Assembly: GCA_020059465.1 (NCBI GenBank)
Contig: JAGVBZ010000041.1
Span: forward strand, 9,112 to 73,111
Origin: Brevinematales bacterium
GTDB lineage: Bacteria > Spirochaetota > Brevinematia > Brevinematales > GWF1-51-8
Length of the DNA stretch: 64,000 nucleotides
Direction: 5' to 3'
Shown here piece after piece: positions 47,630-57,815 of this stretch. The position numbers were made by a program, and so were the translations under genes. Within the stretch, counting starts at the first letter, position 1; each line of letters starts with the position of its first letter. Below the pieces are notes generated by a model. The model searched no databases and was not told where the DNA came from. It saw only the letters and a list, made by a program, of their open reading frames with translations.

Positions 47630-49435
47630 ATGGTGACACTTACGATCAACAATAAAACGATACAGGCTGAGGAAGGCGCTTCTATTATCGACGCCGCCCG
47701 CAAGCATAATATTATCATCCCTAACCTCTGCTACCTCGAAGGGGTAAATAAGCCCGAAGCATGCAGAATCTGCTTAGTCGAGGTTGAGGGCGCGCGAACG
47801 CTGATACCGTCGTGTATCACAAAGGTTAAAGACGGGATGAAGGTTTACACCAATTCCGAGCGCGCGAAGAAAGCCCGCCGGATTATCTACGAGCTACTCC
47901 TGTCCGACCACCCGAAAAACTGCCTGAGCTGTGAACGCAACCAGAACTGCGAATTCCAAAAACTCGGCGCTATGATTCAGATCGAGGACTCCCGCTTCGA
48001 GGGTGAAAAGTCGAAGCCTGAGATCGACGACTCCAGTCCGTCGATAGTCCGCGACGCCTCAAAATGCCTGCTCTGCCGCCGCTGTGTCATCGTGTGCAAC
48101 GAGATACAGGGGGTCGGCGTACTGAATATTCAGAACCGCGGATTTGACGCGGTGATCGCTCCGGCGGCGGAACTCCCCCTGAACTCGGTGAACTGTACCA
48201 ACTGCGGGCAGTGTACGCTGGTTTGCCCTGTGGACGCGATCAAAGAGAAGGATTCCACCCAGACGGTATGGGATGCGCTTTTCGATAAATCGAAACGTGT
48301 CGTCGTGCAGACCGCTCCGGCTGTCCGCGCGGTTCTCGGAGAATGTTTCGCTCAGCCCGCGGGTACGCTGGTTACCGGCAAAATGGCGTCCGCTCTCAGA
48401 GAGATGGGTTTCGACGATATTTTCGATACCAACTTTACAGCCGACCTGACGATTATAGAAGAAGGCACCGAGTTCCTGAACCGCGTCAAAGATGTGCTGA
48501 CCGGGAAAAAGGCCGACCTTCCGATGATCACGAGCTGCAGTCCGGGATGGATCAAGTTTATCGAGCACGAATACCCGGAGCTTCTCGGGCATCTTTCCAC
48601 ATGCAAATCCCCGCACATGATGCTCGGCGCGCTCGCCAAGACGTTCTATGCGGATAAGATCGGAGTCGATCCCAAGGATATGTTTGTCGTCTCGGTCATG
48701 CCGTGTACGGCGAAGAAGTTCGAGATCACCCGCCCGGAAATGAATGCGAGCGGATACCCCGATGTGGACGCGGTACTGACATCGCGCGAACTCGGGAAGA
48801 TGATCAAGGACGCCGGGGTCGATTTCCTCAACCTCAGCGACGGGAAATTTGACGATCCGCTCGGTTTTTCTACAGGCGCCGCCGACATATTCGGGGTCAC
48901 GGGCGGTGTTATGGAAGCGGCGCTCCGTACGGTGTACGAACTCGTCACCGGGCGCGAACTCCCGTTCAAGAATCTCCATGTCACGCCGATTGTCGGATTG
49001 GAACGTATCAAGGAAGCGGAACTTAAAATAGAGAATCCCAAACCTGAATATAAGTTCCTCGACGGCGTGGCTGTCAAGGTCGCGGTCACAAGCGGCCTCG
49101 CGGGGGCGCGTTTCCTGATGGAGCAGATTCGACAGGGTAAATCGCCCTATCATTTCATCGAAGTCATGGGGTGTCCCGGCGGATGTATTTCCGGCGGCGG
49201 CCAGCCGAGACCGGTGGATAATAATATCCGGCAGAAACGTCTCGAAGCGATCTACGCCGAGGACGAGGGCAAACCGATCCGCAAATCGCATGAAAACCCT
49301 TTTATTGTAAAACTCTACGAGGATTTCCTGAAGGAACCGCTCGGCCATCAGTCGCATCACCTTCTCCACACCCATTACACGAAGCGCGGAAAATATAACC
49401 AGATGATGAAAGACAGCGAAAAGAAATCGCATTAG
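47630..49435 (+). CDS. hydA: [FeFe]-hydrogenase catalytic subunit (M3-type accessory clusters)
   Basis: N-terminal 2Fe-2S segment. HPKNCLSCERNQNC (His-ligated cluster). Two CxxCxxCxxxC motifs. H-cluster motifs TSCSPGW (variant), MPCTAKKFE and EVMGCPGGCISGGGQP. Confidence 0.9.
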   Translation: MVTLTINNKTIQAEEGASIIDAARKHNIIIPNLCYLEGVNKPEACRICLVEVEGARTLIPSCITKVKDGMKVYTNSERAKKARRIIYELLLSDHPKNCLSCERNQNCEFQKLGAMIQIEDSRFEGEKSKPEIDDSSPSIVRDASKCLLCRRCVIVCNEIQGVGVLNIQNRGFDAVIAPAAELPLNSVNCTNCGQCTLVCPVDAIKEKDSTQTVWDALFDKSKRVVVQTAPAVRAVLGECFAQPAGTLVTGKMASALREMGFDDIFDTNFTADLTIIEEGTEFLNRVKDVLTGKKADLPMITSCSPGWIKFIEHEYPELLGHLSTCKSPHMMLGALAKTFYADKIGVDPKDMFVVSVMPCTAKKFEITRPEMNASGYPDVDAVLTSRELGKMIKDAGVDFLNLSDGKFDDPLGFSTGAADIFGVTGGVMEAALRTVYELVTGRELPFKNLHVTPIVGLERIKEAELKIENPKPEYKFLDGVAVKVAVTSGLAGARFLMEQIRQGKSPYHFIEVMGCPGGCISGGGQPRPVDNNIRQKRLEAIYAEDEGKPIRKSHENPFIVKLYEDFLKEPLGHQSHHLLHTHYTKRGKYNQMMKDSEKKSH

Positions 49436-49441
49436 ATTATT

Positions 49442-49472
49442 AAGCCCCGCGGGAAGCGGGGCTTTGTTTTTT
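49442..49472 (+). terminator. rho-independent terminator after hydA
   Basis: aagccccgc-gggaa-gcggggctt forms a 9-bp GC-rich stem. It is followed by tgtttttt. Confidence 0.8.
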
Positions 49473-49585
49473 ATCGGGCTGCCTTAAGAAAAATAGGTTT
49501 TCATATATCGAATATCAAAATGAGATTTGCGAATTTGACGAAAGCATTATAGAATATTTTGGGATGTCGCCCTTTTGGAGGAATC

Positions 49586-50404
49586 ATGAGCATGTTCCAT
49601 CGTAAAATGCTCGATTCGGCCGCTTTGTCCGACGAGGCAAACCTGACCAGATTCATGCTTTTATCCGGCCAGAATGAACTCGCCGCCGAATGTGAGACAT
49701 GGCAGGATACCGTCTATCATATCAACGGGCAGGAGTATGCTATTTCCAGAGAGGCCGAGAATTGTATGATAGTCAGTCCCGGCGGCGCGAAGTACGGACT
49801 TGTATTTACACGTAATAACGAGATGTACATTCTTCTCAACGGCACTGTATACGGGGGGTTCGGAATGATCAACGGGCCTTTCTTTTCCCCGGACGATTCG
49901 GTATCATCGTTTATCTATATGGATAAAGGCGAATTCTTTATCCGCATCGATGAAAGGGTCTACGGGGGATACGGGGAGATTTTTGCGCCTGTTTTCAGCC
50001 CCGACGGTTCGCGGGCGGGATTTATCTACGAAACGGATAACCTTAAATTCGTCAAAATCGATACATTAACTTTCGGCCCGTATTTCTTTGCGACAGCGCC
50101 AAAATTTTCACGGAATTCAGTATCTTTCTGTTTCTCGTTTATCCGTGACGGTTTACACGGGGTATGTTACAACGGCGAGGAATTTTTCGCGTACGAATCA
50201 ATCAAGGGATTTTCCTTGAATTCTTCGGGGAAAATATTTATATTTATCTATGAGGAAAACGGCGAATTTTTTATAAATATTAATAGCGACGTCATACTCG
50301 GCCCGTTTATGGATGCGCATGTGCTGAACCGCCCCGATGGCGGTCTGTCGCTGGTTTACCGTACCGGCGACGGTATCTGCCTCGAGAAAATATCCGATAA
50401 ATAG
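49586..50404 (+). CDS. hypothetical protein with internal ~45-aa repeats
   Basis: Repeats of YGG(F/Y)G.I..P.FSPD.S....I(Y). Start set at the ATG after GGAGGA. Confidence 0.5.
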   Translation: MSMFHRKMLDSAALSDEANLTRFMLLSGQNELAAECETWQDTVYHINGQEYAISREAENCMIVSPGGAKYGLVFTRNNEMYILLNGTVYGGFGMINGPFFSPDDSVSSFIYMDKGEFFIRIDERVYGGYGEIFAPVFSPDGSRAGFIYETDNLKFVKIDTLTFGPYFFATAPKFSRNSVSFCFSFIRDGLHGVCYNGEEFFAYESIKGFSLNSSGKIFIFIYEENGEFFININSDVILGPFMDAHVLNRPDGGLSLVYRTGDGICLEKISDK

Positions 50405-50440
50405 AGAACAAGTATCCATAAAAACCAACAGGAGGATAAT

Positions 50441-50752
50441 ATGCCTGAGATTAAAGAAACCCTCGAAAAAGCGTTCTATGCCGGGATGGGATTTATTTCC
50501 CGCAGCGCCGACGCTATCCAGGGTGTAGTGAAAAAGCTTGCCGACGAGATTAATCTTTCCGAAGAGGAAGGGCGCGTATTCGCCGAAAAACTCGCTAAGG
50601 ATACTGAAGAAGCGAGAAAGAATTTTCAGGTAACCATCGATAACGCTGTTCAGAAAGCGATGGACGCGATGGGTCTCGCGAAAAAAAGCGATATGGATGA
50701 ACTGAAAAAGAAACTCGACGAGATGGAAAAGAACCTGAAGAAGCCTGAGTAA
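50441..50752 (+). CDS. small coiled-coil protein, phasin-like (COG3937-type)
   Basis: LEKAFYAGMGFIS...KLAKDTEEARKNF... Its position directly upstream of ubiB is one I recall as common. The family label is tentative. Confidence 0.45.
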   Translation: MPEIKETLEKAFYAGMGFISRSADAIQGVVKKLADEINLSEEEGRVFAEKLAKDTEEARKNFQVTIDNAVQKAMDAMGLAKKSDMDELKKKLDEMEKNLKKPE

Positions 50753-50754
50753 TC

Positions 50755-52458
50755 ATGACGAAACTTCGCATCCTCGATAGAAAAACGCAGAAGCTCTCCT
50801 CACGCCATGTGAGACGCTACCGTGAAATACTATCAATCCTGATTCGCCACGGCTTCGGAGATATCGTTTCCCGTTCTACCCTGCGCAGGGTGTTCGGTTT
50901 TGTGCGGCACGTGTTCAGCCGGAGAAAACAGGAAAGGGCAAACGGCCCGACCCGTTGGGAACGTATCCGGCTGATATTCGAGGAGCTCGGCCCGACTTTT
51001 ATTAAGTTCGGGCAGATACTCTCGAACCGTATCGACCTGCTTCCGAAGGATCTGATTACCGAGCTGACAAAACTTCAGGACAACGTTCCTCCGTTCGACA
51101 GCGGGGATGCTGTCGGGATACTCGAAACGGAGTTCGGAAAGCCTGTTGTGGAATTGTTCTCGCGCTTCGACATGGAACCGGTTGCGTCCGCCTCTATCGC
51201 GCAGGTACATCGGGCATGGCTTCCCGACGGCTCGCCGGTCGCGGTCAAGATTCGCCGTCCCGATATCGAGGAGATTATTTCCGACGACATAGAGATTATG
51301 TATCACCTCGCCTCGCTTCTTGAAAATAACATCGAGGAGATCGAGTATCTCAATCCGGTAGCCATTCTGACCGAGTTCGAGCGCGTTATCCGTCTCGAAA
51401 CAAATCTTGCGGTCGAGAAAACGAACCTGATTCGCTTCGCAAACGCGTTCAAGGACGACCCTGTCTTTTTTCTGCCGGGAGTGCATTCGAAATACTGCTC
51501 GATCTGTGTTCTAACCATGGATTATATACCGGGTATCAGGCTTTCCGAGCTGTACCTGAACCCGGTGAATGGTTATGACCCTGCGTTGATCGTGGAACGG
51601 ATCGCGGATATCCTTTTCAGACAGGTGTTTGAATTCGGTTTCTTTCACGCCGACCCCCATCCCGGCAACCTGTTCATTATGCCGGGTAACCGGATCTGTT
51701 TCCTCGATTTCGGGATGATCGGCTATCTGACGGAAAATATCCGGCAAACGATGGGAGACGCGATCGTATCGGTAGTCAACCGGAACTATACGGCGCTTGC
51801 CCATGCGCTTCTCAAGCTCACCGGAAGCCCGTCCCCTGACCGTTTCGAGGATTTCGAGCGCCACCTCGCGGAAATGGCGGAACAGTTCTATTTCCTTCCC
51901 CTTAAGGAAATTAATATCGGCGACGTTTTCGTCCGCGCGATGGAAATCCTCGTATCGTTCAAACTGAACGTGCCCGCGAGCCTGTATCTTCTCGGAAAAA
52001 CCGTCTCTACGGTCGAGGGTATCGCAAGCCGGCTGCATCCGAAATTCGAGATCGCGGAATTTGCGAAGCCCTATGCGAAACGTTTTGTCGAGGAAAGCCT
52101 CAGCCCGAAGCGGGTGATCGGCGAACTTACCCACACCCTGACCGACCTGACAATCCTGCTCCGCGACCTTCCGTCCGACCTCAAGGAGATTTCCCAGAAG
52201 ATCAGGAAAGGCCGGGTGCATATCGAGATCGGCGAAAAATCCCTTCAGCCCATTCAGGACACATTGTTCCGTGTCACCACAGATATCACCCTGTCGATCG
52301 TGCTCACCGCGGGCATTATAGGCTCGTCCCTGATCGTCCACTCGGGAATACCCCCGCTGGTCGCGGGAATTCCTATCCTGGGGCTTCTGGGGTATATTAT
52401 TTCGGGGGTCATCGGTATCGGCCTGATCATTCTCCTGATCCGCGACCGTTTCCGTTAG
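50755..52458 (+). CDS. ubiB: ABC1/UbiB-family atypical kinase
   Basis: LGPTFIKFGQILSNRIDLLP, ASIAQVHRA, FHADPHPGNL, and C-terminal TM segments. Confidence 0.9.
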   Translation: MTKLRILDRKTQKLSSRHVRRYREILSILIRHGFGDIVSRSTLRRVFGFVRHVFSRRKQERANGPTRWERIRLIFEELGPTFIKFGQILSNRIDLLPKDLITELTKLQDNVPPFDSGDAVGILETEFGKPVVELFSRFDMEPVASASIAQVHRAWLPDGSPVAVKIRRPDIEEIISDDIEIMYHLASLLENNIEEIEYLNPVAILTEFERVIRLETNLAVEKTNLIRFANAFKDDPVFFLPGVHSKYCSICVLTMDYIPGIRLSELYLNPVNGYDPALIVERIADILFRQVFEFGFFHADPHPGNLFIMPGNRICFLDFGMIGYLTENIRQTMGDAIVSVVNRNYTALAHALLKLTGSPSPDRFEDFERHLAEMAEQFYFLPLKEINIGDVFVRAMEILVSFKLNVPASLYLLGKTVSTVEGIASRLHPKFEIAEFAKPYAKRFVEESLSPKRVIGELTHTLTDLTILLRDLPSDLKEISQKIRKGRVHIEIGEKSLQPIQDTLFRVTTDITLSIVLTAGIIGSSLIVHSGIPPLVAGIPILGLLGYIISGVIGIGLIILLIRDRFR

Positions 52459-52604
52459 CCGCTGCGCGGACTAAACTCTATCCGATAAAATATACTGAAT
52501 AAGACCCGGTCACTACAGAGCAATAGATTCTGGATTCTTTTTTTTTCTTCCGATATAATGATATACTATTTCAATCGACTCCACGGAGGAAAAGGTATAC
52601 TGCC

Positions 52605-53822
52605 ATGAAAGAATTCAATAAGTCCAAGAAACTCGAAAATGTGTTGTACGACATTCGCGGCCCGGTGCTCGATGAGGCGATGCGACTCGAAAAAGAAGGG
52701 CATCGTATTATCAAGCTGAACACCGGGAATCCCGCTCCGTTCAGCCTCTTCGCGCCCGATCAGGTGCTCGGGGATGTCATCTCGAACCTCGACAAAGCGC
52801 AGGGTTACTGCGATTCCAAGGGTCTTTACTCCGCCCGCCGCGCCATACAGATATACACCGAGAGCGTCGGTATAGATGGCGTCGATGTCGAAGATATTTA
52901 TATCGGGAACGGCGTCAGCGAATTGATAGTGATGGCGATGCAGGGCTTGTTGAACAGAGGGGACGAGATACTTCTCCCCGCTCCGGATTATCCGTTATGG
53001 ACAGCCGCTGTTTCGCTTTCGGGCGGTAATCCTGTTCATTATATCTGCGACGAGGCATCCGACTGGTATCCCGACCTCGATGATATCAGAAAGAAGATCA
53101 CCGATAAGACCAAGGGAATCGTGATCATCAATCCGAACAACCCTACAGGCGCGGTATATTCCAAAGAACTGATTATGGATCTTATCCAGCTTGCGCGCGA
53201 GCATCAGTTGATAATATTCTCCGACGAGATCTACGACAGGATTCTTTACGATGATTCGGTGCATTACCCCACCGCGTCCCTTGCGGACGACCTCCTGATC
53301 ATCACGTTAAACGGATTATCCAAATCGCACCGAATCGCCGGGTTCCGTGTGGGATGGATGACAATCAGCGGAAATAAATCCACCGCGCTGGATTATATAG
53401 ACGGATTGAACATGCTTGCCAATATGCGGTTGTGTTCCAATGTTCCCGCGCAGTTTGCGGTACAGGCGGCTTTAGGCGATGCGGAGAGTATTCAGCAGCT
53501 TACCCGTCCGGGCGGGCGTTTGTACGACCAGCGGAACTACGCATACGACCATGTCATCGACCTGCCGGGGTTTTCTTGTGTCAAACCGAAAGGTACATTT
53601 TACTTGTTCCCGAAGTTCGATATAAAAAAGTACAATATCAAGAGCGATGTCAAGTTCATCTACGATATCCTGATCGAGAAACATATTCTCCTCGTGCAGG
53701 GGACTGGTTTTAACTGGCCGGATCCCGACCATCTTAGGGTCGTGTTCCTTCCCCCGCTTGAAGATTTGAAAACGGTTTTTACCGATATTTCCGATTTTCT
53801 CGCGGGATACAAGCAAGCCTGA
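52605..53822 (+). CDS. alaA: PLP-dependent alanine aminotransferase (AlaA/YfbQ-like)
   Basis: Collinear with my recollection of E. coli AlaA: KLENVLYDIRGPVL...LNTGNPAPF...GYCDSKGLYSARRAI...NPNNPTGAVYSKEL...GLSKSHRIAGFRVGW. Confidence 0.85.
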   Translation: MKEFNKSKKLENVLYDIRGPVLDEAMRLEKEGHRIIKLNTGNPAPFSLFAPDQVLGDVISNLDKAQGYCDSKGLYSARRAIQIYTESVGIDGVDVEDIYIGNGVSELIVMAMQGLLNRGDEILLPAPDYPLWTAAVSLSGGNPVHYICDEASDWYPDLDDIRKKITDKTKGIVIINPNNPTGAVYSKELIMDLIQLAREHQLIIFSDEIYDRILYDDSVHYPTASLADDLLIITLNGLSKSHRIAGFRVGWMTISGNKSTALDYIDGLNMLANMRLCSNVPAQFAVQAALGDAESIQQLTRPGGRLYDQRNYAYDHVIDLPGFSCVKPKGTFYLFPKFDIKKYNIKSDVKFIYDILIEKHILLVQGTGFNWPDPDHLRVVFLPPLEDLKTVFTDISDFLAGYKQA

Positions 53823-53836
53823 AGAAAGGAGCGGAT

Positions 53837-54706
53837 ATGCAGCCTATAAAGGAGTTTTCACCCGCCGGACTGAACTGTATCAATATATCGCCGGATTGCG
53901 CGCAAATGATCTTCGGGGATACTCACGGATTGATTTGGGGGCTTACCGTGGATACCGGGGCTAAAATCTTCCGTTGGGTCGCCCACCGCGTCCCGGTGAC
54001 TGCGATAACAGTTTCAAAAGACCGCACTTTTGCCGCGGCTGGAAACTCCAAGGGCGGAATTAGCATTGTCAACCTCTCCGACGGCCAGGTTATACGCACC
54101 CTGCCGGGACATAACGACCAGATCGACTATCTGTTTATCACTCCCGACGGAAAAGAACTGATATCGGGGGATATCAGCGGGTTGATAGATATTTGGCGGC
54201 TCGATACCGGCGACCTGATACGCTCGCTATCGAACAATAACAATTCCCGCGCTCCGGTCTGTGTATCGGGCAACGGTAAATATTTCCTGACCGGGGGAAA
54301 CGACGGTACAGTATCGCTGTGGGAACTCGCCAGCCGGAAAATCCTCCTGCAAAAACGATTCCATGAAGCAGGGGTCACATCGGCCGCGATATCGGCAGAT
54401 GCGAAGGGATATGCTTCGGGGGATGAAAACGGCGAAATCTCCTTATGGGATTTCGATAAGCCGGAAAATGTTTCGGTGCTCCGTTGTGAAAAAAGCCCCG
54501 TAACAGCGCTGAGATTTTCCGCAGACGGCGCGTCGCTCGCGGCGGCAAATTCCGACGGGAAAATCTATATCTGGGACACCCGATCCGGTTCCATCAGGGA
54601 TTCGGTACTGACCGGAAAAAAGTCTGCCTCGTATATCTGTCTATCCGATGATTCCCGTTCACTGATGATACGTCAGGATTCGACTGTAACCCTGTATCAA
54701 ATATAA
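53837..54706 (+). CDS. WD40-repeat protein
   Basis: Seven repeat units with the ...DG.(I/V).(I/L)W(D/R/E)... pattern. No signal peptide. Confidence 0.8.
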   Translation: MQPIKEFSPAGLNCINISPDCAQMIFGDTHGLIWGLTVDTGAKIFRWVAHRVPVTAITVSKDRTFAAAGNSKGGISIVNLSDGQVIRTLPGHNDQIDYLFITPDGKELISGDISGLIDIWRLDTGDLIRSLSNNNNSRAPVCVSGNGKYFLTGGNDGTVSLWELASRKILLQKRFHEAGVTSAAISADAKGYASGDENGEISLWDFDKPENVSVLRCEKSPVTALRFSADGASLAAANSDGKIYIWDTRSGSIRDSVLTGKKSASYICLSDDSRSLMIRQDSTVTLYQI

Positions 54707-54834
54707 GGCTGAGTAATTCGGCCTAAATCGCCTTCACTTTCTCCAAACATGCTATTCTAACGATAATTCATAGCAGTATTTTAGTTATCTATCTCTTATT
54801 CCGAAAAATGGATAGCATTCCAAAAATAGGGGGA

Positions 54835-56070
54835 ATGATGAGATACGTAATCGAAGGCGGCACGATTGTCACGCCCGACGATATTCTACGGAATAAAAAG
54901 ATCATCGTAAATAACGACGTTATCGAAGATATTACCGAAAACGCCGCCGGGGTCGATTATACCGTAAAACTGGAAAACACATCGGTTATCTTTCCCGGTC
55001 TGATCAACGCGCACGATCATCTTCTGGGAACTTATTACCCGCGTATCGGATTCGGACCGTATCTCAACTGGAAACCGTGGGATAACGATCTGAAAGAATC
55101 CCCGTTGTATGAAGAACGCAGCGCTATTTCCAATTTCGATCTCTATCTGCTCGGGGTATACCGGAATATCGTATCCGGGGTAACTACAGTCGCCGATCAT
55201 ATCCCCCATGCGGTAAGCGCTCCGTTTATCGACAAGCTCCCGATGCGCGTCCTATGGGATTACGGTATCCAGCATGAGTGCGTAAGCTTCGATCTCCGTT
55301 GGGGCGGGTCGATGACCGAAGAACATAAATATGCCGTCGATAATAATCTCCCGTTTTTAACCCACATCGAGGAGGGTTACGACGAAGAAGCGACCCTCGG
55401 TATCGAAATACTGCAGGAGATGAAAGTTCTGGACGAACATTCCGTATTGGTACATGGGATATCGTTATCCAAGCAGGATATAACCGCGATAGCGAAGGCG
55501 AAGGCAAACGTTATCTGGTGCCCCACATCGAATTACTTTATGTTCAAGGATACGACGAATATCCGAGAACTCCTGAAGCAGAATGTCAACGTCAGCCTCG
55601 GCACCGATTCTCCGATGTCCGGGGGAATGAACCTGCTTGAGGAACTACAGTTCGCCGCAAGTCTGTATTGGCAGCTTTATAACGAAAAGATCGACAATAA
55701 AACACTCGTGCAGATGGTCACTACCCGTCCCGCAAAGGCGTTCCGGCTGAATAAGCTGGGAAAGATCGAAATAGGATACTCTGCGGATTTCACGATCCTG
55801 AAGAACGGGAATCCCTCAGACCCCTATGAATCGCTTGTCAATTCATGGCTGGAAAATATCCGTCTCGTCATTAATGCAGGAGTCCCTCTTTATGGGGTTG
55901 CCGGCGACAAGGAATTCTTCGGAAAATTCGATAAGGAATACCAGTTATTAAAAATAGCCGGAGAAGACCGGCTTTTGATAGGACAGCCTGAGAATCTGTA
56001 CGAACGGATTTGGGAAGACGTGCAATTTAAAAAGGTTCTACCCTTTTTTCCGGTTGACATTTATGAATAA
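54835..56070 (+). CDS. metal-dependent amidohydrolase family protein
   Basis: PGLINAHDHL (HxH) and later GTDSP motifs. An alternative start lies at 54808. Confidence 0.8.
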   Translation: MMRYVIEGGTIVTPDDILRNKKIIVNNDVIEDITENAAGVDYTVKLENTSVIFPGLINAHDHLLGTYYPRIGFGPYLNWKPWDNDLKESPLYEERSAISNFDLYLLGVYRNIVSGVTTVADHIPHAVSAPFIDKLPMRVLWDYGIQHECVSFDLRWGGSMTEEHKYAVDNNLPFLTHIEEGYDEEATLGIEILQEMKVLDEHSVLVHGISLSKQDITAIAKAKANVIWCPTSNYFMFKDTTNIRELLKQNVNVSLGTDSPMSGGMNLLEELQFAASLYWQLYNEKIDNKTLVQMVTTRPAKAFRLNKLGKIEIGYSADFTILKNGNPSDPYESLVNSWLENIRLVINAGVPLYGVAGDKEFFGKFDKEYQLLKIAGEDRLLIGQPENLYERIWEDVQFKKVLPFFPVDIYE

Positions 56071-56108
56071 GTCTCTTAATATAAAGTAACAAAAAGAGAG
56101 CGGCAAAT

Positions 56109-57146
56109 ATGCCTATTGAACGCAAGTACAGTCAAGGCTCGATTATTTATTTCGATCATGAAGAAGGGGACGAGATTTACATCCTGAAATCGGGACGTTT
56201 GGATATCAGCTATCTGGAACCTCAATCGGGAGAAAAGATCACAAAGACGCTCAACCAGGGTGAATTCCTCGGTTTGAAGTCTGCAGTCATCAACCATACC
56301 CGTGATGAAGTGGCGGAGGCGATCACCGATTGCCTTTGCGTGGTGTTCAAAACAAAGGAATTCGAGGAATTTGTCACAAAAAAAGTCGACCTTCTCAAAC
56401 GCCTCCTCCAAGTTTTGTCAAATCAACTGCGGAATCTCGGATATAAAGTAAATAACTACCTCGGAAACAATGTTCTGGAACCGCCGAATATCGGTCTATT
56501 TAAAATCGGCGAGTATTACCTCAATAGTAAAAAATACCGTCAGGCTAAAACTGTATACGAACGATATATCATGGCGTATCCTGAGACCAACCTGATCGAA
56601 GAAGCGCAGTACCGTATCAAACTTGCCGAAGAGGCGATGCGAACGGGGCTTGCGGGAAAATACAAGCCGGTAAACGAAATAGTCGGTTCGGAAGGAAGCG
56701 GCACGGTTCTCGGGGTCGCCGATGTCAAAACCGGACAGGCGCCCGTTCATTCCAAACTCGGTCTGCGCGAATTTATGGACAGCTTCTATAAAGCAGAAGG
56801 ATACTTCAAGGCCGGGCAGTACGAAGACGCCCGGAAACTTTTCGCCGGCATTATGGAATCCGATAACAAGATCGTCAGTTCCGACCTCCGCAACCGTGCA
56901 AAATTCACCTATATCGAGACTCTGCACCAGCTAAAAGATTATATGGAAGCATCGAAAATAATCATGGAATTCGTACAGAGTACGAAAGACCCGACACTCA
57001 TCAAACAGGCTTTGTTCATTTTAGTCGAAATTTACAAGGAGCTTCAAAAGCCCGAAATGGCGCGCGGAGTCCTGCAAAAAATCGTGATGTTCGCCCCGAT
57101 CGATCAATTATCCCGGAAGGCGAAAGAAATGATGGCAAAAATATAG
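56109..57146 (+). CDS. cyclic nucleotide-binding domain protein with C-terminal TPR-like repeats
   Basis: N-terminal cNMP fold (GDEIYILKSGRL...GEFLGLKSAV). The C-terminal half carries TPR-like helices (KKYRQAKTVYERYIMAYP..., GQYEDARKLFAGI). Confidence 0.75.
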   Translation: MPIERKYSQGSIIYFDHEEGDEIYILKSGRLDISYLEPQSGEKITKTLNQGEFLGLKSAVINHTRDEVAEAITDCLCVVFKTKEFEEFVTKKVDLLKRLLQVLSNQLRNLGYKVNNYLGNNVLEPPNIGLFKIGEYYLNSKKYRQAKTVYERYIMAYPETNLIEEAQYRIKLAEEAMRTGLAGKYKPVNEIVGSEGSGTVLGVADVKTGQAPVHSKLGLREFMDSFYKAEGYFKAGQYEDARKLFAGIMESDNKIVSSDLRNRAKFTYIETLHQLKDYMEASKIIMEFVQSTKDPTLIKQALFILVEIYKELQKPEMARGVLQKIVMFAPIDQLSRKAKEMMAKI

Positions 57147-57155
57147 GGGTATCTT

Positions 57156-57815
57156 ATGGCCGAAGAAACTTTAAATAAATTCGAACAATCCTATAAAGCC
57201 GGCGATATCATATTCTGCGAGTACGAAAAAGGCGACGAATTCTATATTGTTAAGGAAGGCAAGGTCCGTATCACAAAGATTCAGGATAATAAAGAAAAGA
57301 CTCTCGACGTATTCGACGTATCGCAGATATTCGGCGAAATGGCGATCATCGAGGACGCTCCTCGAAGCGCGACCGCGGTCGCCGAAACAGACGTTAAACT
57401 TGTCGTGCTGAAAAAGCAGAACTTTTTCGAACTCCTCGGCACCCAGCCCGCATGGGCGCTCACATTGATAAAAATCCTTTCAAAGCGCATATTCGACGCC
57501 CAGCGCCGTCTGCGGATACTCTCGCTCGACGAGGACGAGGCTAAAGTGCTCGATACCGTTCTGATGCTCGTCGAATGGAAGGGTATCAATCCCGAAAATT
57601 ACCCCGGCAACGCCCCTATTCCGTTCGAGAACGTCAATACCGAGACCATCGCGCACTGGTGCGGCCTCTCCACCCGGGATTGCGAAATCCATATCGACCG
57701 CTATGTCCGTATGGGGCGTCTCGAACGCACCGGCAATAACCTTGTTGTAAAAAACCTCAATGAAATCGCGCGGATTGTAAAAAATAAGCGCAAGCTTCAG
57801 GAAAACAAGGAATGA
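57156..57815 (+). CDS. Crp/Fnr-family transcriptional regulator
   Basis: cNMP domain (GDEFYIVKEGKVRI...FGEMAIIEDAPRSATAVA) plus a C-terminal HTH-like segment (ETIAHWCGLSTRDCEIHIDRYVRMG). Confidence 0.8.
   Translation: MAEETLNKFEQSYKAGDIIFCEYEKGDEFYIVKEGKVRITKIQDNKEKTLDVFDVSQIFGEMAIIEDAPRSATAVAETDVKLVVLKKQNFFELLGTQPAWALTLIKILSKRIFDAQRRLRILSLDEDEAKVLDTVLMLVEWKGINPENYPGNAPIPFENVNTETIAHWCGLSTRDCEIHIDRYVRMGRLERTGNNLVVKNLNEIARIVKNKRKLQENKE

Noticed and set aside
48059-49432. 457-aa ORF antisense to hydA. Similar long antisense ORFs lie at 45796-46719 and 46789-47571 (opposite the hydB fusion), 51511-52341 (opposite ubiB), 28991-29830 (opposite the Mrp-like gene), 23294-24121 (opposite the ymdB-like gene), and 9063-9821 and 11033-11818 (opposite udg and priA).
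   Set aside because: All lie opposite genes with unmistakable family motifs in the higher-GC parts of the window. Their products are Arg/Gly/Asp-rich with no recognisable motifs or RBS. These are typical shadow ORFs.
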